From a virus: a DNA stretch of 61,367 bases. This document shows positions 34,347 to 42,659 of the stretch, piece by piece. The translations under genes and the position numbers were made by a program. The notes under the pieces were generated by a model. It was not told the origin of the DNA and searched no databases. It saw only the letters and a list, made by a program, of their open reading frames with translations. Each line of letters opens with the position of its first letter. Position 1 is the stretch's first letter. The DNA is taken from IMG/VR virus record IMGVR_UViG_3300043493_000078. One strand, given 5' to 3'.

Positions 34347-34801
34347 GGCATCACTCCACGCAACAGCTGTCCGCCATGGGAAACACCCCCATGTTGACGA
34401 TCCGTTAGAGACATTAGGTCGTTATTGGTATCTTTTTGCCGCGGGTGGAACTTTTCGGCGTGGCGCTCAAAACCCTGGGCAAACCGTCGCACCGTAAGTT
34501 TAACTCAGCAATATTTTGCGCTGTCAACTGTCCTCAGAATTGATTCGCGCGTAGCGATTTGCGTCTCAGTTGAATTGTCGGACAGTGGCGCACATCAGCG
34601 CACATCAGCGCACAGTTCGCAGCGGCGCAGAAAATATTTTATTTTACCGTTGAGTGCGGCTAACGGTTGTCGTCGTCGCGCGCCACCATCAAATAAATTT
34701 TGCGCCAACTGTCCGCCACTGTCCGTTGTTCACCACCCATACATTGACACTCGCAGACCGCGCACTCAAGTCTGGCGGCTTCTCAAAATATAATTGGGTG
34801 C
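34347..34801. promoter_or_regulatory. Divergent early control region with operator-like repeats
   Basis: C(A/C)ACTGTCC at 34525(+), 34580(-), 34706(+) and 34716(+). GCGCACATCA x2.8 at 34588-34615. TATAAT at 34789. Confidence 0.5.
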
Positions 34802-34807
34802 GTGACA

Positions 34808-35089
34808 ATGAGCAAAGCACGACGACACCGCAAGCGGTCGGAGCCGTGGCGGCGCAACGTGGTCCTGGCGATGGTGCACGTCATGCGCGGCACCGCGCCA
34901 CGCATCGCCGAAGCCTGCGGCATCAATCGCGAGGCGGTGTGGCTCTGGGAGCAAGTGCCGGTGAAGCACGTTCTCACCATCGAGCAGCTCCTGGAAATCC
35001 CGCGTCACCTGATCAGACCTGACATCTATCCGCCGCCGCATGAGGCCGCGACTCAACGGTGGCTCACCAACAACGGGAGAACAACATGA
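34808..35089 (+). CDS. Cro/YdaS-like HTH regulator
   Basis: RIAEACGINREAVWLWEQVPVKHVLTIEQLLEIPRHLIRPDIYP. Confidence 0.6.
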   Translation: MSKARRHRKRSEPWRRNVVLAMVHVMRGTAPRIAEACGINREAVWLWEQVPVKHVLTIEQLLEIPRHLIRPDIYPPPHEAATQRWLTNNGRTT

Positions 35090-35460
35090 CGCTAGAGACT
35101 GACGGCAAGCAGCTCGACAAATACCTGCGCGAGATCGACAAGGCCGACGACAAGTTGATTGCATTGAAGATCGACCATATGGAGCAATGCAAAGGACCGC
35201 GCGGCCGCATTCGCAATATCATGAAGGAAGCGCGCGAGAGCGGCGTCAACATGCCGGCGCTAAGCACGGTCATCGCCGCGCACCGGGCGGAGCGCAAGAT
35301 CGAGCAGCGCATCGCCGAGTTGGAAGCCGACGACGCGGCCGATTACGAGGCCATGCAAGAAGCGCTCGGCGAGTTCGGCGACACCGACCTCGGCAAGGCC
35401 GCGCTGCGCAGAGCCAAGCCCAAAGGCGGCAGCGACAAGCTCGACACGCTGCATTCGTGA
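35086..35460 (+). CDS. DUF2312/GapR-like protein (tentative)
   Basis: Coiled-coil pattern QLDKYLREIDK...IMKEARESGVNMPAL..VIAAHRAERK; ATGA overlap. Confidence 0.35.
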   Translation: MTLETDGKQLDKYLREIDKADDKLIALKIDHMEQCKGPRGRIRNIMKEARESGVNMPALSTVIAAHRAERKIEQRIAELEADDAADYEAMQEALGEFGDTDLGKAALRRAKPKGGSDKLDTLHS

Positions 35461-35479
35461 CCCTTGTCATGCTGCCCCC

Positions 35480-35887
35480 ATGACAGACGACACGGGCAAC
35501 AAGATTACCTTTAACCGCGACAGCAAGTTCGACATTCAGCTCAAGCAAGCGCTGATCGCCGAACGCCGCCTCGGAGACATCTTCGCTGCGGCTACCATCG
35601 AGAAGATCGAACTAAAGACCGAGACATGGCAGTGGGAGAGGACTGGCAACATCTGCATCGAATATAGATGCGATGGTCGACCGTCCGGCATCTCAGTCAC
35701 TGAGGCAGACTATTGGGTGCACGAGTTGCGCCGCGATGACGACACGCTGCTTTACCTGATGTTTCCAGTACCCCGGCTCAAAGAGCTGTGCCGCGCAGCA
35801 ATAAAAGCCGGACGCGCGCGTTCGAATGCCGGCGACGACGGCCGGTTCGATGTCGTTATCCTTCCCCTTCGGGAGTTGCTGAAATGA
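35480..35887 (+). CDS. Hypothetical protein with a possible PD-(D/E)xK motif
   Basis: GDIFAAATIEKIELKTE. Confidence 0.4.
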   Translation: MTDDTGNKITFNRDSKFDIQLKQALIAERRLGDIFAAATIEKIELKTETWQWERTGNICIEYRCDGRPSGISVTEADYWVHELRRDDDTLLYLMFPVPRLKELCRAAIKAGRARSNAGDDGRFDVVILPLRELLK

Positions 35888-36933
35888 CCATGCCAAGCTT
35901 GACACGTGCGGTGCAGAAGGTTGCCGACAAGGTGCCGCTGGCATTGAAGGCGCTGGCCGCGATGGAGCGGCAGCTAACGACAGCGAAAACCTATGAGGAC
36001 ATCTGGCGCATCATCAAGGAGGCCACCGCGCTCAAGGTGTTGATGGGCGAGGTGGCCGAGGTCAAGGCCGCGGCCGAGGATGCGATCCTTATCGGCAACA
36101 AGCGCATCGCCGAAGAACTGAGCAAGGTGCCGAAGGCGAAAGGCGGTGGCCAATTAGGCAAAGGTGGATTTCCCCCAAAGGGGAAATCCAGTGCCGGCCG
36201 CGGGGCGACCGGTATCAAGCATTCGACGCGTTCGCGGCTTGGCAAGCTCGCCGACGTGTCGGCAACCGCTCTCAAAGCCACCGCCGAAAAATTACGCGCC
36301 GCCGGCAAGGACGCCACCGTCGCCGCGGTAGTGCGCGAGATAACCCAGGGCGACAAGAAACAGCGGCGCGCCGCGCGCGAGCGCAGCTTGGCGGCCAAGC
36401 AGCGGGCAATGCCCGAGCAGCGATATGGAGTGATTTATGCCGACCCGCCGTGGCGCTTCACATCATACAGCGAAGACACCGGGATGGATCGCGCGGCTGA
36501 CAATCACTATCCGACCATGGACACGGCAGCCATCGCTGCGCTCGGACCACCGGCGGCTGACGACGCGGTGCTGTTTCTGTGGGCCACGGTGCCGATGATG
36601 CCCGAGGCGCTCAACGTGATGGACGCCTGGGGGTTCATCTACAAAAGCCAGTTTGTATGGATCAAAGACAAGGCCGGCACCGGCTTCTGGAATAAGAACA
36701 AACACGAGCTGCTGTTGATCGGCACACGCGGCTCGGTCCCCGCACCGGCACCAGGGGAGCAATACGAATCCGCAATCACAGCGCCGCGGGGCAAACACAG
36801 CGCCAAGCCGTTCGCGTTTCGCGAGATGATCGAAACGATGTTTCCAACGCTCCCGCGCATCGAGCTGTTCTCGCGTGAGCGCTTCGCCGGCTGGGACGCT
36901 TGGGGCAATGAGTTGGCGGAGGCGGCCGAATGA
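35884..36933 (+). CDS. MT-A70-family N6-adenine DNA methyltransferase (1)
   Basis: YGVIYADPPWRF...LFLWAT... Confidence 0.85.
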   Translation: MTMPSLTRAVQKVADKVPLALKALAAMERQLTTAKTYEDIWRIIKEATALKVLMGEVAEVKAAAEDAILIGNKRIAEELSKVPKAKGGGQLGKGGFPPKGKSSAGRGATGIKHSTRSRLGKLADVSATALKATAEKLRAAGKDATVAAVVREITQGDKKQRRAARERSLAAKQRAMPEQRYGVIYADPPWRFTSYSEDTGMDRAADNHYPTMDTAAIAALGPPAADDAVLFLWATVPMMPEALNVMDAWGFIYKSQFVWIKDKAGTGFWNKNKHELLLIGTRGSVPAPAPGEQYESAITAPRGKHSAKPFAFREMIETMFPTLPRIELFSRERFAGWDAWGNELAEAAE

Positions 36934-37196
36934 GCACTCGAAGGAGAAGGACTCGTTCAATGGATGCACATACCCAAAACGGCAAAGCTTTGAAGTTTCG
37001 GTCCTTGGCGGAAAAACGAGTAACGCTGGCTATGAAAACCATTCGACGCATCGGCAAGCTCTCGCGCCGGGGAAGTTACGACTACGAGCCCGAGCAGATC
37101 GACAAGATGTTTGCGGCGCTCCGCAGTGAGATCGACGCGGCCGAGGTGCAATTCACTCAGCAGGATCGGCAGTTGCCGCTGTTCAAGTGGGATTGA
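36930..37196 (+). CDS. Hypothetical protein
   Basis: 88-aa ORF with ATGA overlap. Confidence 0.45.
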   Translation: MSTRRRRTRSMDAHTQNGKALKFRSLAEKRVTLAMKTIRRIGKLSRRGSYDYEPEQIDKMFAALRSEIDAAEVQFTQQDRQLPLFKWD

Positions 37197-37241
37197 GATC
37201 GGGCAGCGGTGGTTCCTGCGGCGGCGAGGGAGGGCGGTGGC

Positions 37242-38183
37242 ATGAGCTTGGTTGAGTTGCGGCGCAACGTCGACTCCGATGCTTTGGCCATCGGCAATCT
37301 TTGGCGAAAGGCATGCCAGTCGCTCGTCGACAGCACGCGCTACTACATTGAATGCGGGCAGCGACTCATCGACAAAAAAGAAAGTGTCGGGCATGGCAAC
37401 TGGCTGGCTTGGCTCAAGGTCAACGCCGATGTGCTGGGGTTTGATAACGATAGCACCGCCCGCAGATTGATGGCGGCTGCAAAACGTGCGCCAGCGCACG
37501 ATTTGACTGCGGTCGATGCTTTCGATGTCAACCGTCAGCTTTGGGGCCACGAGAAAGCCTCCGGCGCAAAAGGCTACAATCGTATTGCCGGGCCCGACGG
37601 CGCTTGCTGCGGCTTCGAGGAATTGCACCGGCTTGTTGCCGAGGGGATGACTTTCGGCAATCTCTATGTCGATCCGCCGTGGCTATACGACAATCAGGCC
37701 ACCCGCGCAGCGACCGGCAACCATTACGAGGGATTGACCGTCGAGCAGCTGTGCGATGCTGACCTGATGCCGGTCGCAAAGCTCGCCGCGGCTAATTCTC
37801 ATCTGCACCTTTGGACGACCAACGGTTTTCTGTTCGAGTGCCCGCGCATCTTTGATGCGTGGGGCTTCGAGTTCAAATCGACTTTTGTTTGGACAAAATC
37901 AGAAATCGGGCTCGGCAATTATTGGCGTAATTCGCATGAGATTTTGTTGACTGCGGTGCGCGGCGATGCTGAGCGCTTCGACGTGCACAATCTGCGCAGT
38001 TGGATTGAATGCTCGCGTGGCCGTCATAGCGACAAACCAGATCAAGTTCGCGATTTCATCGCGCGGGCCAGTCCGACGCCCCGCATCGAATTGTTTGCTC
38101 GATCTGAACATGACGGATGGCTGTCGTGGGGAAATGAAATCGACAAAACCTTGTTCAGCAAGCGTGTAAAGGAGGTTGCGTGA
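37242..38183 (+). CDS. MT-A70-family N6-adenine DNA methyltransferase (2) with DUF3102-like N-terminus
   Basis: NLYVDPPWLY...LHLWTT... Confidence 0.85.
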   Translation: MSLVELRRNVDSDALAIGNLWRKACQSLVDSTRYYIECGQRLIDKKESVGHGNWLAWLKVNADVLGFDNDSTARRLMAAAKRAPAHDLTAVDAFDVNRQLWGHEKASGAKGYNRIAGPDGACCGFEELHRLVAEGMTFGNLYVDPPWLYDNQATRAATGNHYEGLTVEQLCDADLMPVAKLAAANSHLHLWTTNGFLFECPRIFDAWGFEFKSTFVWTKSEIGLGNYWRNSHEILLTAVRGDAERFDVHNLRSWIECSRGRHSDKPDQVRDFIARASPTPRIELFARSEHDGWLSWGNEIDKTLFSKRVKEVA

Positions 38184-38728
38184 TGAACGAATTATTTCCG
38201 CTCAACGATCCAGCATCGAATGGGCCTAGTGCTCTAACTTTCGCCCGGAAGACTCAGGGCCAGGAGTCGAACATCTCTGGTGGTTTGTGCGAAGAAGCAA
38301 TCCAAAGCTGTTTCCGTCGTCGCGGAATCCTCATTGTTGATTATCGTTCGACGAATGGAGTGCTAGATATTTTCGAGAAGCGCCGACTAGTGCGGAATGT
38401 CCCGTACAAATCTCTTGCCGGATGTCGTTCGCGCAGCGAGTTCGTTTATGAGCACGGGCCGGATATTTCCGTGCGGTTTGAATGCCGGTCACAAAACGAA
38501 CCTGGCAGCGTTGACGAAAAACTGGATTGGCTGATCGATAATGCGGCTGACGCCATGCCCGAGCGTTATGTGTGGATCGTTCTCAACGGGACTGGCGCGC
38601 GTCCAAAAATGATTCAATGGGCGAAGGGCAAAATCGAAAAACTGCGCCGCGTGAAAACAATACGCCTCTACAATCTTGCGGAAGCACAACGGGCGATCAA
38701 ACCATTGGTCGAGCGGGGCGCGGCGTGA
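38180..38728 (+). CDS. Hypothetical protein, candidate PD-(D/E)xK endonuclease
   Basis: GPDISVRFECRSQNEPGSVDEKL. GC looks lower by eye. 4-nt overlap with the MT-A70 gene. Confidence 0.3.
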   Translation: MMNELFPLNDPASNGPSALTFARKTQGQESNISGGLCEEAIQSCFRRRGILIVDYRSTNGVLDIFEKRRLVRNVPYKSLAGCRSRSEFVYEHGPDISVRFECRSQNEPGSVDEKLDWLIDNAADAMPERYVWIVLNGTGARPKMIQWAKGKIEKLRRVKTIRLYNLAEAQRAIKPLVERGAA

Positions 38729-38916
38729 CCGACATCATCACCACTGCAGACAAATTGGCGTGTGCCAAGCGCGAGCTGGCGATGCGCCAACAGCTATACC
38801 CGCGCTGGATCGAAACCAAGAAACTCAGCGCCGGAAAGGCCGCACACGAGCTGGCCGCCATGCGAGCTATCATCGCGGACTACGAGGCCGCGCTCATCGA
38901 GGAGGCGGTTACGTGA
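38725..38916 (+). CDS. Hypothetical protein
   Basis: 63 aa; GTGA overlaps on both sides. Confidence 0.45.
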   Translation: MTDIITTADKLACAKRELAMRQQLYPRWIETKKLSAGKAAHELAAMRAIIADYEAALIEEAVT

Positions 38917-39452
38917 CCGACGTGCTCGCCCTCGACATCGCGACACGCTGCGGGTATGCGCGGGGCCCGGTCGGGCCCGACGCCCCGCGCTGCGGCTCGG
39001 TGCAGTTCGGCAAGACAGGTGCATCGCAGCTCGCCATCTGTGGCCACGCGCTGGAGTGGGCGATCGACACCATCAAAGCGCCGCTGCCCGACATCGTGGC
39101 GATCGAGGATCTGCTGCCGCCGCACGTGACCCGCGGCAAGTCGAACGTCGATCACGATCTGCTCGCGCATCTCCACGGCATCATTCTCGGCGTCTGCTTC
39201 GTGCGCGGCGTGTTCAAAGTGCACAAGTATCCGGTCAGGACCATCCGCAATCACTTCATTGACCTGTCGGCCTGCGCCAAGGGCCAGGCCAAGCTGATGG
39301 TGCAGGACAAATGCAAATTACTCGGGTGGCTTGCGGCTGATGCCGACGCGGCCGATGCCGCCGCTTGCTGGTCCTACGCCTGCAGCCTCATCGACCCAGA
39401 GCAGGCGATCCGAATTTCACCGCTGTTCAACAGAGTGAGGGCGATCGCATGA
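38913..39452 (+). CDS. RuvC-like Holliday junction resolvase
   Basis: VLALDIATRCGYA, VAIEDLL, DADAADAAAC. Confidence 0.75.
   Translation: MTDVLALDIATRCGYARGPVGPDAPRCGSVQFGKTGASQLAICGHALEWAIDTIKAPLPDIVAIEDLLPPHVTRGKSNVDHDLLAHLHGIILGVCFVRGVFKVHKYPVRTIRNHFIDLSACAKGQAKLMVQDKCKLLGWLAADADAADAAACWSYACSLIDPEQAIRISPLFNRVRAIA
39374..39452 (+). repeat. Junction repeat J1 copy a (authentic ruvC 3' end plus SD plus ATG)
   Basis: ctacgcctgcagcctcatcgaccc...ccgctgttcaacagagtgagggcgatcgcATGA. Confidence 0.9.
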
Positions 39453-39619
39453 CCAGGACAGATGTCGAACTCGAACTTCGGCTGCACATGACGAACCTTT
39501 GCCTCGCCGTCCTCAGCAAGGAAGAGGGCAGACTCCGCGAGTGCAAGGACATGCTGGTCGACAAGGTATGTGAACTGATGGCCGCGGCAGAACAGCGCAA
39601 GAAGGAGCAGTGTCTGTGA
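39449..39619 (+). CDS. 56-aa helical protein
   Basis: MTRTDVELELRLHM...; starts in J1a, and its stop overlaps J2a. Confidence 0.4.
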   Translation: MTRTDVELELRLHMTNLCLAVLSKEEGRLRECKDMLVDKVCELMAAAEQRKKEQCL

Positions 39620-39645
39620 TCTCCTGGCGCCACGTCACGCAATGG
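39616..39645 (+). repeat. Junction repeat J2 copy a (truncated start of the ISWRHVTQW gene)
   Basis: GTGATCTCCTGGCGCCACGTCACGCAATGG compared with 42130-42159 ATGATCAGCTGGCGCCACGTCACGCAATGG. Confidence 0.85.
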
Positions 39646-39653
39646 GTGCGCGG

Positions 39654-40931
39654 ATGATCTCTATCCACAAAGGCGACTGCCGTGAAGTGCTACGCACGCT
39701 GCCGGATGAATCCGTGCATTGCGTGGTGACGAGCCCGCCCTATTGGGGCTTGCGGGACTACGGCATTCCGGCGTCGGTATGGGGCGGCGATCTGGAATGC
39801 GAGCACGAATGGGGCGAGCACATCGCCGTCAACGCCACGAACCACACGACCAAGGCGCGCTGGAATCACACCCGCAATGGCCGCGACGAATTGCAGCCGA
39901 TTGAAAAGCGCGTTTCGTGGCTGCGCACTGAGGTCAAGCAAGGGCAGTTCTGCCAGCACTGCGGCGCATGGGCTGGCGCGCTTGGCTTGGAGCCGAGCTA
40001 TCAACTCTATGTCGAATATGCGGTCGAAGTATTCCGCGAGGTCCGCCGCGTGTTGAGGCTCGATGGTACGCTGTGGCTCAATTTAGGTGACACGTACAAC
40101 AACGCGGACAAGTGGGGCGGCGGTGGCGTCAATACCGGCAAGCACACAAAGTCGCCGGATGGCAGCGTGCCGTCTTGGGCTGCGGTCAGACGACGATGGT
40201 CTAGTTCGGGACTCAAGCCAAAAGACCTTTGCGGAATCCCTTGGCGGGTGGCGTTCGCCTTGCAGGAAGACGGCTGGTACCTGCGCCAGGATATCATCTG
40301 GTCGAAGCCCAATCCCATGCCTGAAAGCGTCACCGACCGCTGCACCAAGGCGCATGAGTATCTGTTCCTGCTGAGTAAGAGCGAACGGTATTGCTTTGAC
40401 CAAGCCGCAATCTCGGAGCCATGCGCAGAAAGCACGATCGCGGCTCACGCTGGGCGTTCTCCAACTGGCATTGGACCGCGGTCGCTCGATACGTCGCCAC
40501 CTGGACATCCCACACAGTTGCATCCTGACAAACATCACAACGGACGGGGACTAGGCAACGGAGAATCGCGCGACCTCTCCAGCCGCAACAAGCGCAGCGT
40601 CTGGGAAGTGGCCACGCAGCCTTTATCTGAAGCCCACTTCGCCACCTTCCCACCGGCGCTGATCAAGCCTTGCATTCTCGCCGGGTGTCCGCATGAGGGC
40701 ATCGTCCTTGATCCGTTCGCCGGCGCCGGCACGACCGGCCTCGTCGCCGACCGCCTCGGCCGCAATGCCATCCTAATCGAACTCAACCCCGAATATGTCG
40801 CGATGATCGACCGCCGCATCAGCGCAGATGCTGGCATGTTTGCAGATATCCGGAGCGAGGCGGGAGCTACGCCTGCGGCCTCATCGATCCCGAGCAGGCG
40901 ATCCGCATCTCGCCGCTGTTCAACAGAGTGA
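39654..40931 (+). CDS. N4-cytosine/N6-adenine DNA methyltransferase (N6_N4_Mtase, SPPY type)
   Basis: VVTSPPYWGLRDYG ... VLDPFAGAGTTG. Confidence 0.85.
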   Translation: MISIHKGDCREVLRTLPDESVHCVVTSPPYWGLRDYGIPASVWGGDLECEHEWGEHIAVNATNHTTKARWNHTRNGRDELQPIEKRVSWLRTEVKQGQFCQHCGAWAGALGLEPSYQLYVEYAVEVFREVRRVLRLDGTLWLNLGDTYNNADKWGGGGVNTGKHTKSPDGSVPSWAAVRRRWSSSGLKPKDLCGIPWRVAFALQEDGWYLRQDIIWSKPNPMPESVTDRCTKAHEYLFLLSKSERYCFDQAAISEPCAESTIAAHAGRSPTGIGPRSLDTSPPGHPTQLHPDKHHNGRGLGNGESRDLSSRNKRSVWEVATQPLSEAHFATFPPALIKPCILAGCPHEGIVLDPFAGAGTTGLVADRLGRNAILIELNPEYVAMIDRRISADAGMFADIRSEAGATPAASSIPSRRSASRRCSTE

Positions 40932-40945
40932 GGGCCATTGCATGA
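40867..40945 (+). repeat. Junction repeat J1 copy b (non-functional duplicate of the ruvC 3' end)
   Basis: 71 of 79 nt identical to J1a. It would encode ..YACGLIDPEQAIRISPLFNRVRAIA* in a frame not used here. Confidence 0.9.
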
Positions 40946-41415
40946 AAGCGCTCTCGCTATGGCAACCATGGGCGTCCCTATGGTGTTCCGATGCAAAGGA
41001 ACACGAGACCCGGCATTGGCAGCTTCATCACCGCGGTTGGTTGTTGGTGCATGCGGCCAAGCGACCGATTGATGCAGACACCGACTACGCGTTGGAGATC
41101 ATCTGCAAGGGCGAGTTCGGGGACGAATGGCGCAAGGCCCTTCCGCTCGGAATGATCATCGGCGCCGTGAACATCGTCGATGTCCGCTCAACGACCGCGA
41201 TCTTGAAAGACTGGGGCGTCCCGCCAGGACCGATCAATACTCGCCACTGGATCGATTATCAGTGCGGCAACTATGACGCTGGCCGCTTTGGTTTTCTTCG
41301 GCGCGAGTTCAAACGGTTTGCGCAACCAATTCCCTATCGTGGGCAACAGGGGCCTTTCGATGTCCCCGATGAGATCGTGCAGCCGCTGTTCAACCGAGTG
41401 AGGGCGATCGCATGA
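40942..41415 (+). CDS. ASCH domain protein
   Basis: ALSLWQPWASLW...HETRHW...GWLLVHAAK. The C-terminus QPLFNRVRAIA comes from J1c. Confidence 0.7.
   Translation: MKALSLWQPWASLWCSDAKEHETRHWQLHHRGWLLVHAAKRPIDADTDYALEIICKGEFGDEWRKALPLGMIIGAVNIVDVRSTTAILKDWGVPPGPINTRHWIDYQCGNYDAGRFGFLRREFKRFAQPIPYRGQQGPFDVPDEIVQPLFNRVRAIA
41383..41415 (+). repeat. Junction repeat J1 copy c
   Basis: ccgctgttcaaccgagtgagggcgatcgcATGA. Confidence 0.85.
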
Positions 41416-41612
41416 ATTTGAACAAAGACCCAGAAAGTTGGGCACGTGTAAAGCCAGACGCCTTCCTTGACGGCAACATTGTGCAAGCCCGCAACGTGAT
41501 CGAGATGGCAGTGCAAGATATCGGCCGGCTGGCGGCAGAAAATGTCCGTCTTCAGCAGCGAATTTGGAGCTTAGAAAATGAATTGAAAGATTTGGAGGAG
41601 GAGCCGCTGTGA
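41412..41612 (+). CDS. 66-aa coiled-coil protein
   Basis: Starts in J1c; its stop overlaps J2 copy b (GTGATCTCCTGGCG, 41609-41622). Confidence 0.45.
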   Translation: MNLNKDPESWARVKPDAFLDGNIVQARNVIEMAVQDIGRLAAENVRLQQRIWSLENELKDLEEEPL

Positions 41613-41732
41613 TCTCCTGGCGTGCGCGCCATCGCCAAAATCGAATGCGGTCAGTTCGCTGACCGCCAGGAGCCCGGCCAATGAAGCAGTGGTACCCACT
41701 TGGCGTGTGCCGGGCTCCAACCTATCTCGTCG

Positions 41733-41765
41733 CCGCTGTTTAATCGCGTGAGGGCAACCGCATGA
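41733..41765 (+). repeat. Junction repeat J1 copy d (diverged)
   Basis: ccgctgtttaatcgcgtgagggcaaccgcATGA. Confidence 0.8.
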
Positions 41766-42133
41766 AGAAGAAGTTTTTTCCATTCGACGACGTTAACGCC
41801 ATACACGACATCGGTGAATTGCTTGAATCGCTTGATCTCAGCAAGGCGCGGTCTGCCTTGCTTTGGCAACTGCTGCGTCGATTTGAAATCCAGCTTTGGT
41901 TTATGGAAGACACCGGCGGGCGTTTTCCCCGTATTGAAATCGCTACGTTCTGGGACATGAATCACGTCGCTAGCATGCCTCTGATTGAGTTGCTCGAACA
42001 CCTCGTGACCTTCGATAACGACCTCGGACGTGAGAAAGAGATTGCCGCGCTCAGCAAGCTTAAGAGCGTGATCGAGCAAGCCATCGCGTCACGTCAGCAA
42101 CGGCCGCAGAACGACGCGGAGGCAGCCGAATGA
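41762..42133 (+). CDS. Hypothetical protein (low-GC cassette)
   Basis: 123-aa ORF starting in J1d and ending at J2c. Confidence 0.5.
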   Translation: MKKKFFPFDDVNAIHDIGELLESLDLSKARSALLWQLLRRFEIQLWFMEDTGGRFPRIEIATFWDMNHVASMPLIELLEHLVTFDNDLGREKEIAALSKLKSVIEQAIASRQQRPQNDAEAAE

Positions 42134-42315
42134 TCAGCTGGCGCCACGTCACGCAATGGACGCGTTACGTCCCGCACGAGCGGGCGGAAGATTTTTGCCG
42201 AGTTGGTTGGTGCATCGCCGACGCCTTCGAGCAGACGCCGCATGGCTATTACTGCGTGATGTGCGCCTGGCTGTGCGCGTGCACACCGATCGAGCCGCGG
42301 GAGATGCGGCCATGA
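42130..42315 (+). CDS. 61-aa Cys-rich protein (intact J2 gene)
   Basis: MISWRHVTQWTRYVPHE...CVMCAWLCAC. Confidence 0.45.
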   Translation: MISWRHVTQWTRYVPHERAEDFCRVGWCIADAFEQTPHGYYCVMCAWLCACTPIEPREMRP

Positions 42316-42659
42316 CGGCCTATTACAACGAGGTCGATAAATATGCTGCGCAATGGCTCCGCAATCTCATCGCCGCCGGACATATCGCCAGAGGCGACGT
42401 CGATGAGCGTTCAATTGTCGATGTCTGGCTCCCCTGCAGCGACGGAAAGGCGCGGCCAACTAAATCCGGTATTTTCCCGTTGGCTTCTCGGATTCCCAAC
42501 CGCGTGGGACGACTGCGCGCCTACGGCAACGCGATCGTCCCGCAAGTCGCAGCCGAATTCATAGGGGCCGCCATGGGGCTGTGCGCGTGCAAGCCGGTCG
42601 CTTGTGCGGCCCGTAGCGCTCGCTTTGAGCACGGCGAAAGATGGCGGCCACCAGCATGA
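42312..42659 (+). pseudogene. C5-cytosine DNA methyltransferase remnant with an internal deletion
   Basis: The N-terminus [32 protein letters not shown] is joined to C-terminal motif [18 protein letters not shown]. The catalytic PC/ENV core is absent. Confidence 0.5.

Noticed and set aside
34744-34794. TTGACA (34744) and TATAAT (34789) as one sigma-70 promoter.
   Set aside because: The spacer is 39 nt, far from the expected 17. Only the -10-like element near the Cro-like start is retained as a weak hint.
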